A DNA stretch of 64,000 nucleotides from Dehalococcoidia bacterium (lineage in GTDB: Bacteria > Chloroflexota > Dehalococcoidia > Plut-88900). This document shows, in pieces, positions 50,237-59,355 of this stretch. Each line of letters starts with the position of its first letter. Within the stretch, counting starts at the first letter, position 1. The stretch covers positions 192,001 through 256,000 of the forward strand of contig CBDFLQ010000007.1 in assembly GCA_965249275.1 (NCBI GenBank). The letters are read 5' to 3'. Below the pieces are notes generated by a model, which saw only the letters and a list, made by a program, of their open reading frames with translations, ran no database searches and was not told the origin of the DNA. The position numbers and the translations under genes were made by a program.

Positions 50237-51256
50237 ATGCTCCGCATAGCCCTGCCCAGCAACGCCGACTGGCTGGACCCTACCCTTGATTTCCTGAACT
50301 CATGCGGCCTCCCCGTTAAGAGGGTCACTGCCCGGCGTTATACGGGCCGCATGCCCGCTGTTCCCGGCGCTGTCGTACTTTTTCAGCGCTCCGCCGACAT
50401 CCCTCGCCAGGTGGAAGCTGGCGCCGCCGAGATCGGCCTTGCGGGCCTCGACCAGTTCCTCGAAGCTCACGCGGATGATGGGCCCGGGTTGCTCCTCGTC
50501 AAAAGCCTGCGCTTCCGTGGCGCAGATCTGGTAATCGCCGTCCCCGACTCCTGGGATGACGTCATCTCCGCCGAGGATCTGGCCAACCGCTCCAGGCAGT
50601 ACGAAAACGAGGGGAAATCCCTACGCGTAGCCACGAAGTACCCGCAGCTCACCAGGAGATATCTGGAAGACCAGGGCGCGGTCAACTTCTCTATCATCGA
50701 TGCCGGTGGCACCCTCGAAGCCGCTCCCGCTATGGGCTATGCCGACTTCATCGTCGACATCACTTCCACCGGCAACACCCTCCGGGAGAACCAGCTCAAA
50801 ACAATATCCGGTGGGACGGTTGTGAAGTCCCAGGCCTGCCTATTTGCCAACAAGGACCTCCTGAGCCGGGATCCCGACGCCCTCGCCGGTGTCCGCATCC
50901 TCCTTGAGCTCATCGAAGCCCGACTCCGTGCCTCCGAGTACTACAGCATCATTGCCAACATTCAGGGGGAATCCCCCGCCCAGATTGCAGGCCACATCCA
51001 ATCCCACCCCGAGATCGCAGGCATCGAGGGGCCTACCGTCTCCCAGGTCTTCAGCAAGGACGGCGAGACAGGCTGGTACGCCGTCACCATGGTCGTCGAG
51101 CGCGACAAGGTAATTACCGCCGTCGACCATATCCGAGGCATAGGTGGGAACGGCATCATCGTTTTCCCCACTACCTACGTGTTCGAAGCCAAGTGCACAA
51201 CCTACGACAACCTGCTCGAACAGCTGGGGCGCGCCCCGGTGGAAACGTCGGTTTAG
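50237..51256 (+). CDS. hisG: ATP phosphoribosyltransferase (long form)
   Basis: RIALP, RSADIP, VATKYP, GTLEAAP, DITSTGNTLREN, GPTVS. Confidence 0.94.
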   Translation: MLRIALPSNADWLDPTLDFLNSCGLPVKRVTARRYTGRMPAVPGAVVLFQRSADIPRQVEAGAAEIGLAGLDQFLEAHADDGPGLLLVKSLRFRGADLVIAVPDSWDDVISAEDLANRSRQYENEGKSLRVATKYPQLTRRYLEDQGAVNFSIIDAGGTLEAAPAMGYADFIVDITSTGNTLRENQLKTISGGTVVKSQACLFANKDLLSRDPDALAGVRILLELIEARLRASEYYSIIANIQGESPAQIAGHIQSHPEIAGIEGPTVSQVFSKDGETGWYAVTMVVERDKVITAVDHIRGIGGNGIIVFPTTYVFEAKCTTYDNLLEQLGRAPVETSV

Positions 51257-51260
51257 TGGG

Positions 51261-52007
51261 ATGCCCAACTCCTCGCTCCATATCTCCTTCGCCGACGACG
51301 CTGCCAGGGCCCTCGGCCACCCCCTCCTGACCGACTACTCAGGCAGCTACCTTCTCGGCTCCACGGCCCCCGACGTCCGGAACCTCGCCGGCTGGGACCG
51401 ATACCGCACCCACTTCTTCGACCTTGCCAACGACCAGCCCGGCAAAGGCATTCAGGGCCTCTTCGATACCTATCCTGAGCTCTCTGACGCCGCAAAACTC
51501 GGCAACGAGACCCGTGCCTTCGTCCTCGGCTATATGTGCCACCTGGTCACCGACGAGCACTGGATCGCCGGCGTCTACCGCCCCTATTTCGGCAAAAAGA
51601 CTTCCGCCGACCCGCTCACCAACGTCCTCGACCGAGTCCTCCAGTTCGAATTGGACAAGCGTGAGCGCAATGGCATCCGGGACCTTGATGGCGTACTGGA
51701 GGCCCTTAAGGACGCCGACACCGGTGTCAACGTCTCCTTCATTGACGCCGACCTCCTGCGCCGCTGGAGGGACGTGATGACGGAGCGCACCTCCATGGAT
51801 CTCGGCTGGGACCACCTGAGGCGATTTGTACGAAAGGCCCTCCCCCAGCATCTGAAAGATGACGAGGGTACTATGACCTCCGTCATTGCCCAGGGCCCCG
51901 AGCTTCTCTCCCGAGCCAAGGAGCAGGCCCCCGACCACGTCATCGCTTCCTTCAGAGCCAAGGCCATCGACAAGTTCGTTGACATCGCAGGGGAATACCT
52001 CTCTTGA
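51261..52007 (+). CDS. Zn-dependent phospholipase C/S1-P1-like fold protein
   Basis: MP...H, LGSTAPD, THF, GY.CHL.TD..W. Confidence 0.75.
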   Translation: MPNSSLHISFADDAARALGHPLLTDYSGSYLLGSTAPDVRNLAGWDRYRTHFFDLANDQPGKGIQGLFDTYPELSDAAKLGNETRAFVLGYMCHLVTDEHWIAGVYRPYFGKKTSADPLTNVLDRVLQFELDKRERNGIRDLDGVLEALKDADTGVNVSFIDADLLRRWRDVMTERTSMDLGWDHLRRFVRKALPQHLKDDEGTMTSVIAQGPELLSRAKEQAPDHVIASFRAKAIDKFVDIAGEYLS

Positions 52008-53350
52008 GAGTCATCACCGACCTAACCGAGGCCCGTGACTTCCTCAGTCGGCTCCACGGCGGCCCCGACGCCCCTTTGAGTCCCAAAGTCGCCGCCGGCA
52101 TTGAACGCGTATTCGGCGAACCTCTATCTCTTCCCGAAGCCGTCACCGGCATCCTCGATGACGTCCGTACCAAAGGTGACGCCGCTCTCTTCGACTACCT
52201 CCGCCGCATCGACAACATTTCCCCCGACCACCTGGAAGTCCCCCAAAGCGCCCTTGATGCCACCCTGGATAAAATCCCCCCCAATGTCGCCGACTCCCTG
52301 AGATTTGCCGCCTGCCGCATCCAGGATTACCAGACCGAGTTAGCCCGGCACACCATCCGGGATTTCACAAGCAACGGCCTCGGCCAGAGAGTCACCGCCC
52401 TGGACAGGGTCGGCCTCTACGTTCCCGGCGGCACCGCCGTTTATCCTTCCACCGTGCTAATGACTGCCATTCCCGCCCGAGTCGCGGGCGTCCGGGAGAT
52501 CATTCTGGTAACTCCCCCCCGCCCCAATGGCTCAATCGCGCCCGTCGTCCTTGCGGCCGCGGCAATCGCCCGAGTCGATAGAGTCTTCGCCATCGGCGGC
52601 GCACAGGCCATAGCCGCCCTCGCTTACGGCACCGAGTCCATCCCCGCCGTCGACAAGATTTTTGGCCCCGGCAACGTCTTCGTACAGACCGCCAAGCGCA
52701 TGGTTTTCGGCACCGTAGGCGTCGACACCATCCAGGGCCCCACCGAGGCCGTCACCGTCGCCGATGACCACATTTCACCCTCCTGGTGCGCCGCCGACAT
52801 CCTCGCCCAGGCCGAGCACGACCCAGATTCCGTATCCATTCTCATTACCGATTCCCCGTCCCTCGCCGAGCGGGTCGAATCGGAGCTCACCGACCTACGT
52901 CAGCGTTCCCAGCGTCTCGATATCCTCACCCAGTCCATGGACGCCAATGGCGCTATTATCGTCACCGAATCCATTGAGCAGGCCATTGATCTATCCAACC
53001 TCTACGCCCCGGAACACCTCTGCCTCATGGTCCGCAACGCCGACCGCTATGTTGACCTAGTTAAGAACGCCGGGGCCCTGTTCCTGGGAGACCACTCTCC
53101 CCACGTTCTCGGGGACTACGTCGCAGGCCCGAGCCACGCCCTCCCCACGGCAGGCGCCGCCCGTTACAGCTCTGCCCTCGGCGTTAATGACTTTCTGAAA
53201 TCCATGTCTATAATCTCCCTGTCGGAAGAAGAGGCGGGCCCCCTTCTGGCGCACGGCATAGCGATTGCCCGACAGGAGGGCTTCGAGTCCCACGCCCGCT
53301 CCCTGGAAGTCCGCACCGCCCAGCATTCCGTTAGCAGCGCCGGAGACTGA
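52004..53350 (+). CDS. hisD: Histidinol dehydrogenase
   Basis: GLYVPGG, GGAQAIAALAYGT, AQAEH, APEHL, GDYVAGPSH. Confidence 0.96.
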   Translation: MRVITDLTEARDFLSRLHGGPDAPLSPKVAAGIERVFGEPLSLPEAVTGILDDVRTKGDAALFDYLRRIDNISPDHLEVPQSALDATLDKIPPNVADSLRFAACRIQDYQTELARHTIRDFTSNGLGQRVTALDRVGLYVPGGTAVYPSTVLMTAIPARVAGVREIILVTPPRPNGSIAPVVLAAAAIARVDRVFAIGGAQAIAALAYGTESIPAVDKIFGPGNVFVQTAKRMVFGTVGVDTIQGPTEAVTVADDHISPSWCAADILAQAEHDPDSVSILITDSPSLAERVESELTDLRQRSQRLDILTQSMDANGAIIVTESIEQAIDLSNLYAPEHLCLMVRNADRYVDLVKNAGALFLGDHSPHVLGDYVAGPSHALPTAGAARYSSALGVNDFLKSMSIISLSEEEAGPLLAHGIAIARQEGFESHARSLEVRTAQHSVSSAGD

Positions 53351-53352
53351 AC

Positions 53353-54480
53353 ATGGATACGGAAAAGTCTCGACCCTCAATCCGAGACCTCATGCGCCCC
53401 GACCTCCGTCACCTCGCGGGCTACACCCCCGTCGTCCCTGTCGAGCGCCTGGTCGCCGAGACCGCAGCCTCATCTGGGGTGGCGCTGACCCCGGTCAAGC
53501 TGGACGCCAACGAAAACCCCTACGGCCCCTCTCCCCGCGTCCTCCAGGCCATATCTGAAAGCGAGGCCCTCCACACCTACCCCGACGCTGAGCAGCGCAC
53601 CCTCCGCGCCGCCCTCGCCGAGTACGCCGGGCTCGCCACCGAGAACATAATTGTCGGCAACGGCTCTGACGAAGTCCTCGACATGATTATCCGTCTCCTC
53701 CTGGAACCGGGTGATCGAGTGCTCAGCTGTATCCCCACATTCGGCATGTACAAGTTCCTCACCGACGTTGCCGGCGGCCAACTCATTGAGCTCCAACGCA
53801 CACCTGATTACGGGATTGACCTCGACGCCATAAAAGCCGCCACCGACGAACGTACCAAGCTCATCTTCCTCGCCTCCCCCAACAACCCCACCGGCAACAG
53901 TGTCCCGCGGGATAAGGTGATAGCCCTCCTGGAAATGGGCCTTTATGTTGTCATCGACGAGGCCTACTTCGAGTTTGCAGGCCACACCGTCGCCGACCTG
54001 GTCAAAGACTACGAAAACCTGATGGTAGTTAGGACATTCAGCAAGTGGGCGGGTCTCGCCGGCGTTCGAATCGGCTACGCCATCGTCTCCCCCGAGGTCT
54101 GTGCCTGCCTCAACCAGATCAAGCAGCCCTACAACATCAGCGTATTTGCCCAGATAGCCGCTTTGGAGTCTCTACGGGACCGGGATTACCTGATGCGCAA
54201 CGTCCAGGCCCTTGTGAAGGAAAGAGCCCGGCTCTTCGATTTCCTGCAGGGTCTCGACTACCTCTCTCCCGTCCCCTCTGAGGGCAACTACATCCTCTGC
54301 AACGTCATCCGTGGGAACGGCGAGCAGGTCTTCAACCTGCTGAAACAGCGTAATATATTCGTCCGGTATTATGATAGACCTAACTTGAAAAACTGCTTCC
54401 GAATCAGCGTCGGCAAGCCGGACGAAACCGACCGCCTCGTCGACGCCCTCGCAGAGATTGGCTTGGAATTGAATGGCTGA
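53353..54480 (+). CDS. hisC: Histidinol-phosphate aminotransferase
   Basis: [37 protein letters not shown]. Confidence 0.95.
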   Translation: MDTEKSRPSIRDLMRPDLRHLAGYTPVVPVERLVAETAASSGVALTPVKLDANENPYGPSPRVLQAISESEALHTYPDAEQRTLRAALAEYAGLATENIIVGNGSDEVLDMIIRLLLEPGDRVLSCIPTFGMYKFLTDVAGGQLIELQRTPDYGIDLDAIKAATDERTKLIFLASPNNPTGNSVPRDKVIALLEMGLYVVIDEAYFEFAGHTVADLVKDYENLMVVRTFSKWAGLAGVRIGYAIVSPEVCACLNQIKQPYNISVFAQIAALESLRDRDYLMRNVQALVKERARLFDFLQGLDYLSPVPSEGNYILCNVIRGNGEQVFNLLKQRNIFVRYYDRPNLKNCFRISVGKPDETDRLVDALAEIGLELNG

Positions 54481-55072
54481 CAGACACGCCCTGCTCGAAC
54501 GAAAGACCGGTGAGACCGACATATCCATTGAGGTCGAGATCGACGGCACGGGCCAGTACACCGTCGACACCGGAGTCCCGATGCTCGACCACATGCTTTC
54601 CCAGCTAGCCCGTCACGGCGCTTTCGACCTCAATATCAGTGCCCGGTCCTCCACAGACCCCGACGGCCACCACACAGTCGAGGACGTTGCCATTCTCCTT
54701 GGAAGGGCCTTTGGCCAGGCTCTCGGGGACCGCACGGGCATCGTCAGGATGTCCCATGCCCTTGTACCCCTCGACGAGGCCCTCGCCCTTGTTGCTCTGG
54801 ACCTCGGCGGCCGAGGCTACGCCCAGGTCGACCTATCCTTCACCCAGCCCGTAGTAGGCGGCCTCACCTCCGACATGGCTCGGCACTTCCTGGAGTCCTT
54901 CGCCATCGAAGGCCGCTTCAACATCCATGCCAAAATTGAAGCTGGCACGAACGACCACCACAAAATCGAGGCCCTATTCAAAGCCCTCGCCAAATCCATG
55001 GACGCCGCCTCCCGCATAGACTCCCGCACCGCCTCCCAAGTCCCCAGCACCAAAGGCGTCATAGAAACCTAG
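54473..55072 (+). CDS. hisB: Imidazoleglycerol-phosphate dehydratase
   Basis: [31 protein letters not shown]. Confidence 0.96.
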   Translation: MADRHALLERKTGETDISIEVEIDGTGQYTVDTGVPMLDHMLSQLARHGAFDLNISARSSTDPDGHHTVEDVAILLGRAFGQALGDRTGIVRMSHALVPLDEALALVALDLGGRGYAQVDLSFTQPVVGGLTSDMARHFLESFAIEGRFNIHAKIEAGTNDHHKIEALFKALAKSMDAASRIDSRTASQVPSTKGVIET

Positions 55073-55111
55073 AACGTCCGGGGGCCGCTTAGACCTTCTC
55101 TGGGAGGAGGG

Positions 55112-55766
55112 TATTCAGTTGTGGAGGGAAACTCGGTTTTGCTTGTTTGGATTGTTGGGAGGGGGAAGGCGATGGAAGGTCCGGGACTCGAGGGCAGGGG
55201 CGGGAGGCCAGCCTGCGATTACCCCACCTGTCTCTGCTGTGGCGGACGAGAGAGGCGGGGTGTCTCGTCCACAAGAGGGCACTCGACCATTCGGAGGGAT
55301 GGGAGTGCGACTCAACTTCCGCCGCTGGGTGGGAATCTCCGAGGGAACGACGGTGGAGTCGGAGCCTGGGGCACGAAGGCCCCTGGCCAGCCCTACATTA
55401 GCGGGCTCGTATATTCGCGTGCTATGCGCATAGCGTTGACTCAAATGCTTCGGGTGAGGGAGCGTTGAATCGGCTGGCGTTGTAAGGGTGGATGCCCTTA
55501 GAGTCTATGGACCTACCATCGCCTGATGGTCAGGGAAGGGATAGCCGGGGCCTTTAGTATGAGGAGATGGCGACTTTCGCTTGAGCCGGAGGGCGTCGCG
55601 CGGCGCACCTGCGGGATGGGCTAGGACGTTGAGTCCTCTGCTATGTGGGCCGGGGCTGGGGTTCCCCCTGGGTATTGGCGCCTCCTTTGGGATTAGGGTG
55701 AGTGATTGGCCTATCGAGGGTGAATATAGCACAAGTGTTTTGCTTGAGTCAAGGGGTTCGCGTCAC
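55112..55766 (-). ncRNA. Putative large structured ncRNA, copy 2 (coordinates include promoter)
   Basis: Reverse complement aligns block by block with copies 1 and 3; helix 55509-55522/55169-55182; TTGACT-18-TATATT promoter. Confidence 0.65.
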
Positions 55767-56006
55767 TCGCTTCAGCGAGTCTTCGACCCCATCCCCTTTC
55801 ATGCGGGAGGGGACGCCACCCCATTCCGCTCTTGAGACCCTTCGACTCGGCTCACGCCACGGCGCATCTTCGACAGGGCGAGCGGAATACCCTGCCCCCA
55901 GGAATGGAAAGGGCGTATTTCGTGAGCCGGTTCAGGGGAGGGGGGGTGCGACCACGAGAGTCGTTCCTAGGGGGGAGGGATCACCCTCACCCTAGCCCTC
56001 TCCCAT

Positions 56007-57212
56007 TGTATAGACCGGGGACATAGGTAACAGTTGTTCGGAGACATGGGTTACACCATAAGGCATGATAAATCTGATTCAGGAGGGTTTTCATGCCATG
56101 GAAGGTTGCAAGTGCCATGTCTCAACGCGAAGAGTTCGTCGCCCTGGCGCAGTCCGAGGATGTGAATATGAGCGAGCTGTGTCTGCGCAGTGGGATCAGC
56201 CGCAAGACCGGCTACAAGTGGCTGAGACGATGCCTTGAAGGCGGAGAGCAGAGTCTGGATGATCTCCCGAAGCGTCCCCGTCACTCCCCGAACCGCACGG
56301 GCGCCGAGATGGAGCAGCTCGTCGTAGACCTTCGTAGGGAGCACCCCACCAAGGGAGGACACGTACTGGCCAGGATGCTCAAGGATAGTGGTCACAACGG
56401 CGTGCCGTCCAAGAGCACGGTCACGGCCATCCTCAGGCGACATCGACTTATAGAGCCGGCCGACAGCCTCAAGCACAAGCCGTACAGGCGCTTCGAGCAC
56501 CAACGGCCCAACGACCTTTGGCAAATGGACTTCAAGGGGCATATCCCAGTAGACAGTGGTGGACGGTGTCACCCACTGACGGTACTGGACGACCATTCGA
56601 GGTTCTCCCTGGGCGTGAGGGCTTGTGCAGACGAGAAGACTCAGACCGTCCATGACCATCTCACGTCCATCTTCCGCCGCTACGGCATGCCCAACACGAT
56701 ACTGGTAGACAATGGCTCCCCCTGGGGCAGCGACTTCTACCACCCCTTCACCCCGCTCACCGTCTGGCTGGTGCACCTGGGAGTCAGGGTGGTCCATAGC
56801 AGGCCATACCATCCCCAGACTCTCGGCAAGCTTGAACGCTTCCACAGGTCCCTCAAGACGGAACTGCTCCAGGGAAGTAAATACACCGACCTGTCCCACT
56901 GCCAGAGCAGCTTTGACAGGTGGAGAGACTTCTACAACCTCCAGCGGCCTCACCACGCCCTGGACCTCGATACCCCTGCCAGCAGATACACCATCAGCCC
57001 TCGGCCTTTCCCGGAGACCCTTCCGGCCGTCGAGTACGATGCCGATGACCAGGTACGCTCCGTCGATGTCAACGGCCGAATATCCTTCCTGGGCAGATCA
57101 CTTCCCATCGGTAAAGCCTTCAGAAACAGGCGGGTCGCGCTGAGGCCCACGGCCAACGATGGCACATGGAAGGTCTTTTTCTCCGTACAGCCCATCGCTA
57201 CCATAGATCTAG
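56007..57212 (+). mobile_element. IS481-family element, right end truncated by IS5
   Basis: Left end TGTATAGACCGGGGACATAGGTAACA; no matching right end found beyond the IS5. Confidence 0.82.
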
Positions 57213-57223
57213 GAAACCTCTGA
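56093..57223 (+). CDS. IS481-family DDE transposase
   Basis: MPWK, GISRKTGYKW, WQMDFKG, LDDHSR, DNGSPW, HPQTLGKLERFHRSLK. Confidence 0.92.
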   Translation: MPWKVASAMSQREEFVALAQSEDVNMSELCLRSGISRKTGYKWLRRCLEGGEQSLDDLPKRPRHSPNRTGAEMEQLVVDLRREHPTKGGHVLARMLKDSGHNGVPSKSTVTAILRRHRLIEPADSLKHKPYRRFEHQRPNDLWQMDFKGHIPVDSGGRCHPLTVLDDHSRFSLGVRACADEKTQTVHDHLTSIFRRYGMPNTILVDNGSPWGSDFYHPFTPLTVWLVHLGVRVVHSRPYHPQTLGKLERFHRSLKTELLQGSKYTDLSHCQSSFDRWRDFYNLQRPHHALDLDTPASRYTISPRPFPETLPAVEYDADDQVRSVDVNGRISFLGRSLPIGKAFRNRRVALRPTANDGTWKVFFSVQPIATIDLGNL

Positions 57224-58408
57224 ACAAGTCTAAGGGCATAGGTAATAGGTAAGATAGGGAGAGTAAGGCCAAAGCTGAGGTGAGATTTGATGGAGCAGCC
57301 GACATTTGCAGACTTGGAATACGAGGGCAAGAAGCGAAAGACCCGCCGGGAGATATTTCTGGAGCGGATGGAGGACCTGGTTCCATGGGGAAAGTTAGAG
57401 GAGCGAATCCGGCCCTACTATTCCAGGGCGGGCCGTGGACGGAGGCCCTACGAGTTGTCGGTGATGCTGCGGATACACTGCGTGCAGCTGTTCTACAACC
57501 TGAGCGATCCGGGCATGGAGGACATGCTCTACGAGGTGGAGTCGGTGAGGCGGTTCGCAGGTCTGAGGCTGTCCGGCCCCTTGCCTGACGAGACTACGAT
57601 ACTGAACTTCCGCCATCTGCTGGAAGAGCAGGAGTTGGGTCGGGGGCTGTTCGAGGAGATCAACCGTCATCTGGAGTCTCGGGGACTGAGGCTCAGGGAG
57701 GGTACGATTGTGGATGCGAGCATCATCGAGGCGCCGGCGTCTACGAAGAACCGTGCTGGAGAGCGAGACCCCGATATGCACCAAGTGAAGAAGGGGAAGG
57801 AGTGGCACTTCGGTATGAAAGTGCACATTGGTGCAGACGCTGACACGGGGGTGGTGCACAGTATGAGTACGACAGCTGCGAACGTGCATGACGTGACGGA
57901 GGCGCACCGGCTGCTGCATGGAGGGGAGAGGCGAGTGTGGGGAGATGCGGGATATCAGGGAGTGGAGAAGCGGGCGGAGAATCGGGATATGGATGTGGAG
58001 TGGCGGGTGGCGATGAGACCTGGACGGCGTCGGAAACTGAGGGCGGGGAGCTGCGAGGCCTTAGCGGAGAAGAGCAAATCATCCATCAGGGCTAAGGTGG
58101 AGCATCCGTTCCTGTACGTGAAACGGCACTTCGGCTACGCCAAGGTCCGCTACAGGGGCTTGTACAAGAACACGCAACGGGTGGCGATGCTGCTGGGGCT
58201 GGCCAACTTGGTAAGGGCCGAGCGCCACTTAGCGGTGTGACGGAGGAGCAGTGTGGTCAAATCCGGGTCGATGGTGACTGGATGCCCTGACAGGCCAGAA
58301 CATAGGATGCAAATAAGCCACCGAGACGCAACATTACGACCCAACCTCTCCCCAAAACTCCATGCAAGACAACCTAAGCTGGTTTACAGTGAGTTGTTCA
58401 GAGCTTCC
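57213..58408 (+). mobile_element. IS5-family element (1196 bp)
   Basis: TIRs GAAACCTCTGAACAAGTC / GAGTTGTTCAGAGCTTCC; CTAG on both sides. Confidence 0.9.
57290..58240 (+). CDS. IS5-family transposase
   Basis: RKTRREIFL..M, PDETTILNFRHLLE, VDASII, WHFGMK.HIG, GDAGYQG, RAKVEHPF. Confidence 0.95.
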   Translation: MEQPTFADLEYEGKKRKTRREIFLERMEDLVPWGKLEERIRPYYSRAGRGRRPYELSVMLRIHCVQLFYNLSDPGMEDMLYEVESVRRFAGLRLSGPLPDETTILNFRHLLEEQELGRGLFEEINRHLESRGLRLREGTIVDASIIEAPASTKNRAGERDPDMHQVKKGKEWHFGMKVHIGADADTGVVHSMSTTAANVHDVTEAHRLLHGGERRVWGDAGYQGVEKRAENRDMDVEWRVAMRPGRRRKLRAGSCEALAEKSKSSIRAKVEHPFLYVKRHFGYAKVRYRGLYKNTQRVAMLLGLANLVRAERHLAV

Positions 58409-58464
58409 CTAGGACTTGTCCTCTCACGCCCTTCCTAGTCTTCCTTCCCCTCCCCCCTGGTAAC

Positions 58465-58505
58465 GACATATCAGCAATGTTGCAAGGCAACATTGCTGAT
58501 ATGTC
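58465..58505. repeat. Perfect 19-bp inverted repeat
   Basis: GACATATCAGCAATGTTGC-AAG-GCAACATTGCTGATATGTC. Confidence 0.85.
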
Positions 58506-58572
58506 AATAAAACAGGGCGGGTGGGCGGGACTCAATATATCCCTGAGGGTGGTGGGGGGGCCTCTCCCAAAT

Positions 58573-59263
58573 GTGACACGAACCCCTTGACCTAATTGGA
58601 ACGTGTGTACTATTATTCCTCTCGACTAGCTCGTCACCCATTCCTAACGTAAAGGAGGAACCACAACACAGGGGGAATCCCAGCCCCGGCCCACACGAGG
58701 ACTCAACGTCCAAGCCCATCCCGCCGAGCGGCGTTAGCCGCTCCTAGGCTCAAGCGAAAGCCGCCATCTTCTCATACCATAGGCCCCGGCTTATCCTTCC
58801 CCCACCATCCACGCGATGGAAGGTCCGTAGACTATAAGCGGCAAGCCCTGTCCAAGGGCCCCTGCCGATACAACGCTCCCCTCATCAGGAGCGTATACCT
58901 CGCCCTCGCAGGCGAATACGCTGACCCCGCCAATGGCCGGGCTTAGATACAGGGCCTTTGAGCCCATAACCGACTCCCCCGCCGACGCCTTCGGAGAGGC
59001 ACGCGCACCCCTCGGCGGCTCCGAGTCCCGCTCCCATCCCTCTGCATGGTCGAGCACTTCTGGTGGTCGGGACGCCCCACACCGAGAATCCCTCGGGTCC
59101 CCTCCACATCCTCTCAGAAGCTAGGGGCTGTCCTGTGCAGGCAGTCGACGCCCACAGGCACCGGCACAGGCCTAACCGCCTCCCTGCCCAACACTCTCGG
59201 ACCTTCCATCGCCACCCTCCCCACACCAAACAAAAATCCAGAGTCCCAACTCCCAACTGAATA
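58573..59263 (+). ncRNA. Putative large structured ncRNA, copy 3 (coordinates include promoter)
   Basis: TTGACC-18-TATTAT promoter with GAAC-N4-GTAC; perfect helix 58813-58826/59199-59212; homologous to copies 1 and 2. Confidence 0.65.
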
Positions 59264-59355
59264 ACCGACGGCCTCCCGCTCCCCTGTCATTCCGAGGCTC
59301 CGCGAGGAATCTAGGACTTGCCCACCCACATCCTTCATAGCCTTCCCCCAACCCC

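Noticed and set aside
58813-59212. Retron msr-msd or group II intron interpretation of the long inverted repeat
   Set aside because: No reverse transcriptase in the window and no recognisable GUGYG start or domain V; cannot be excluded in trans
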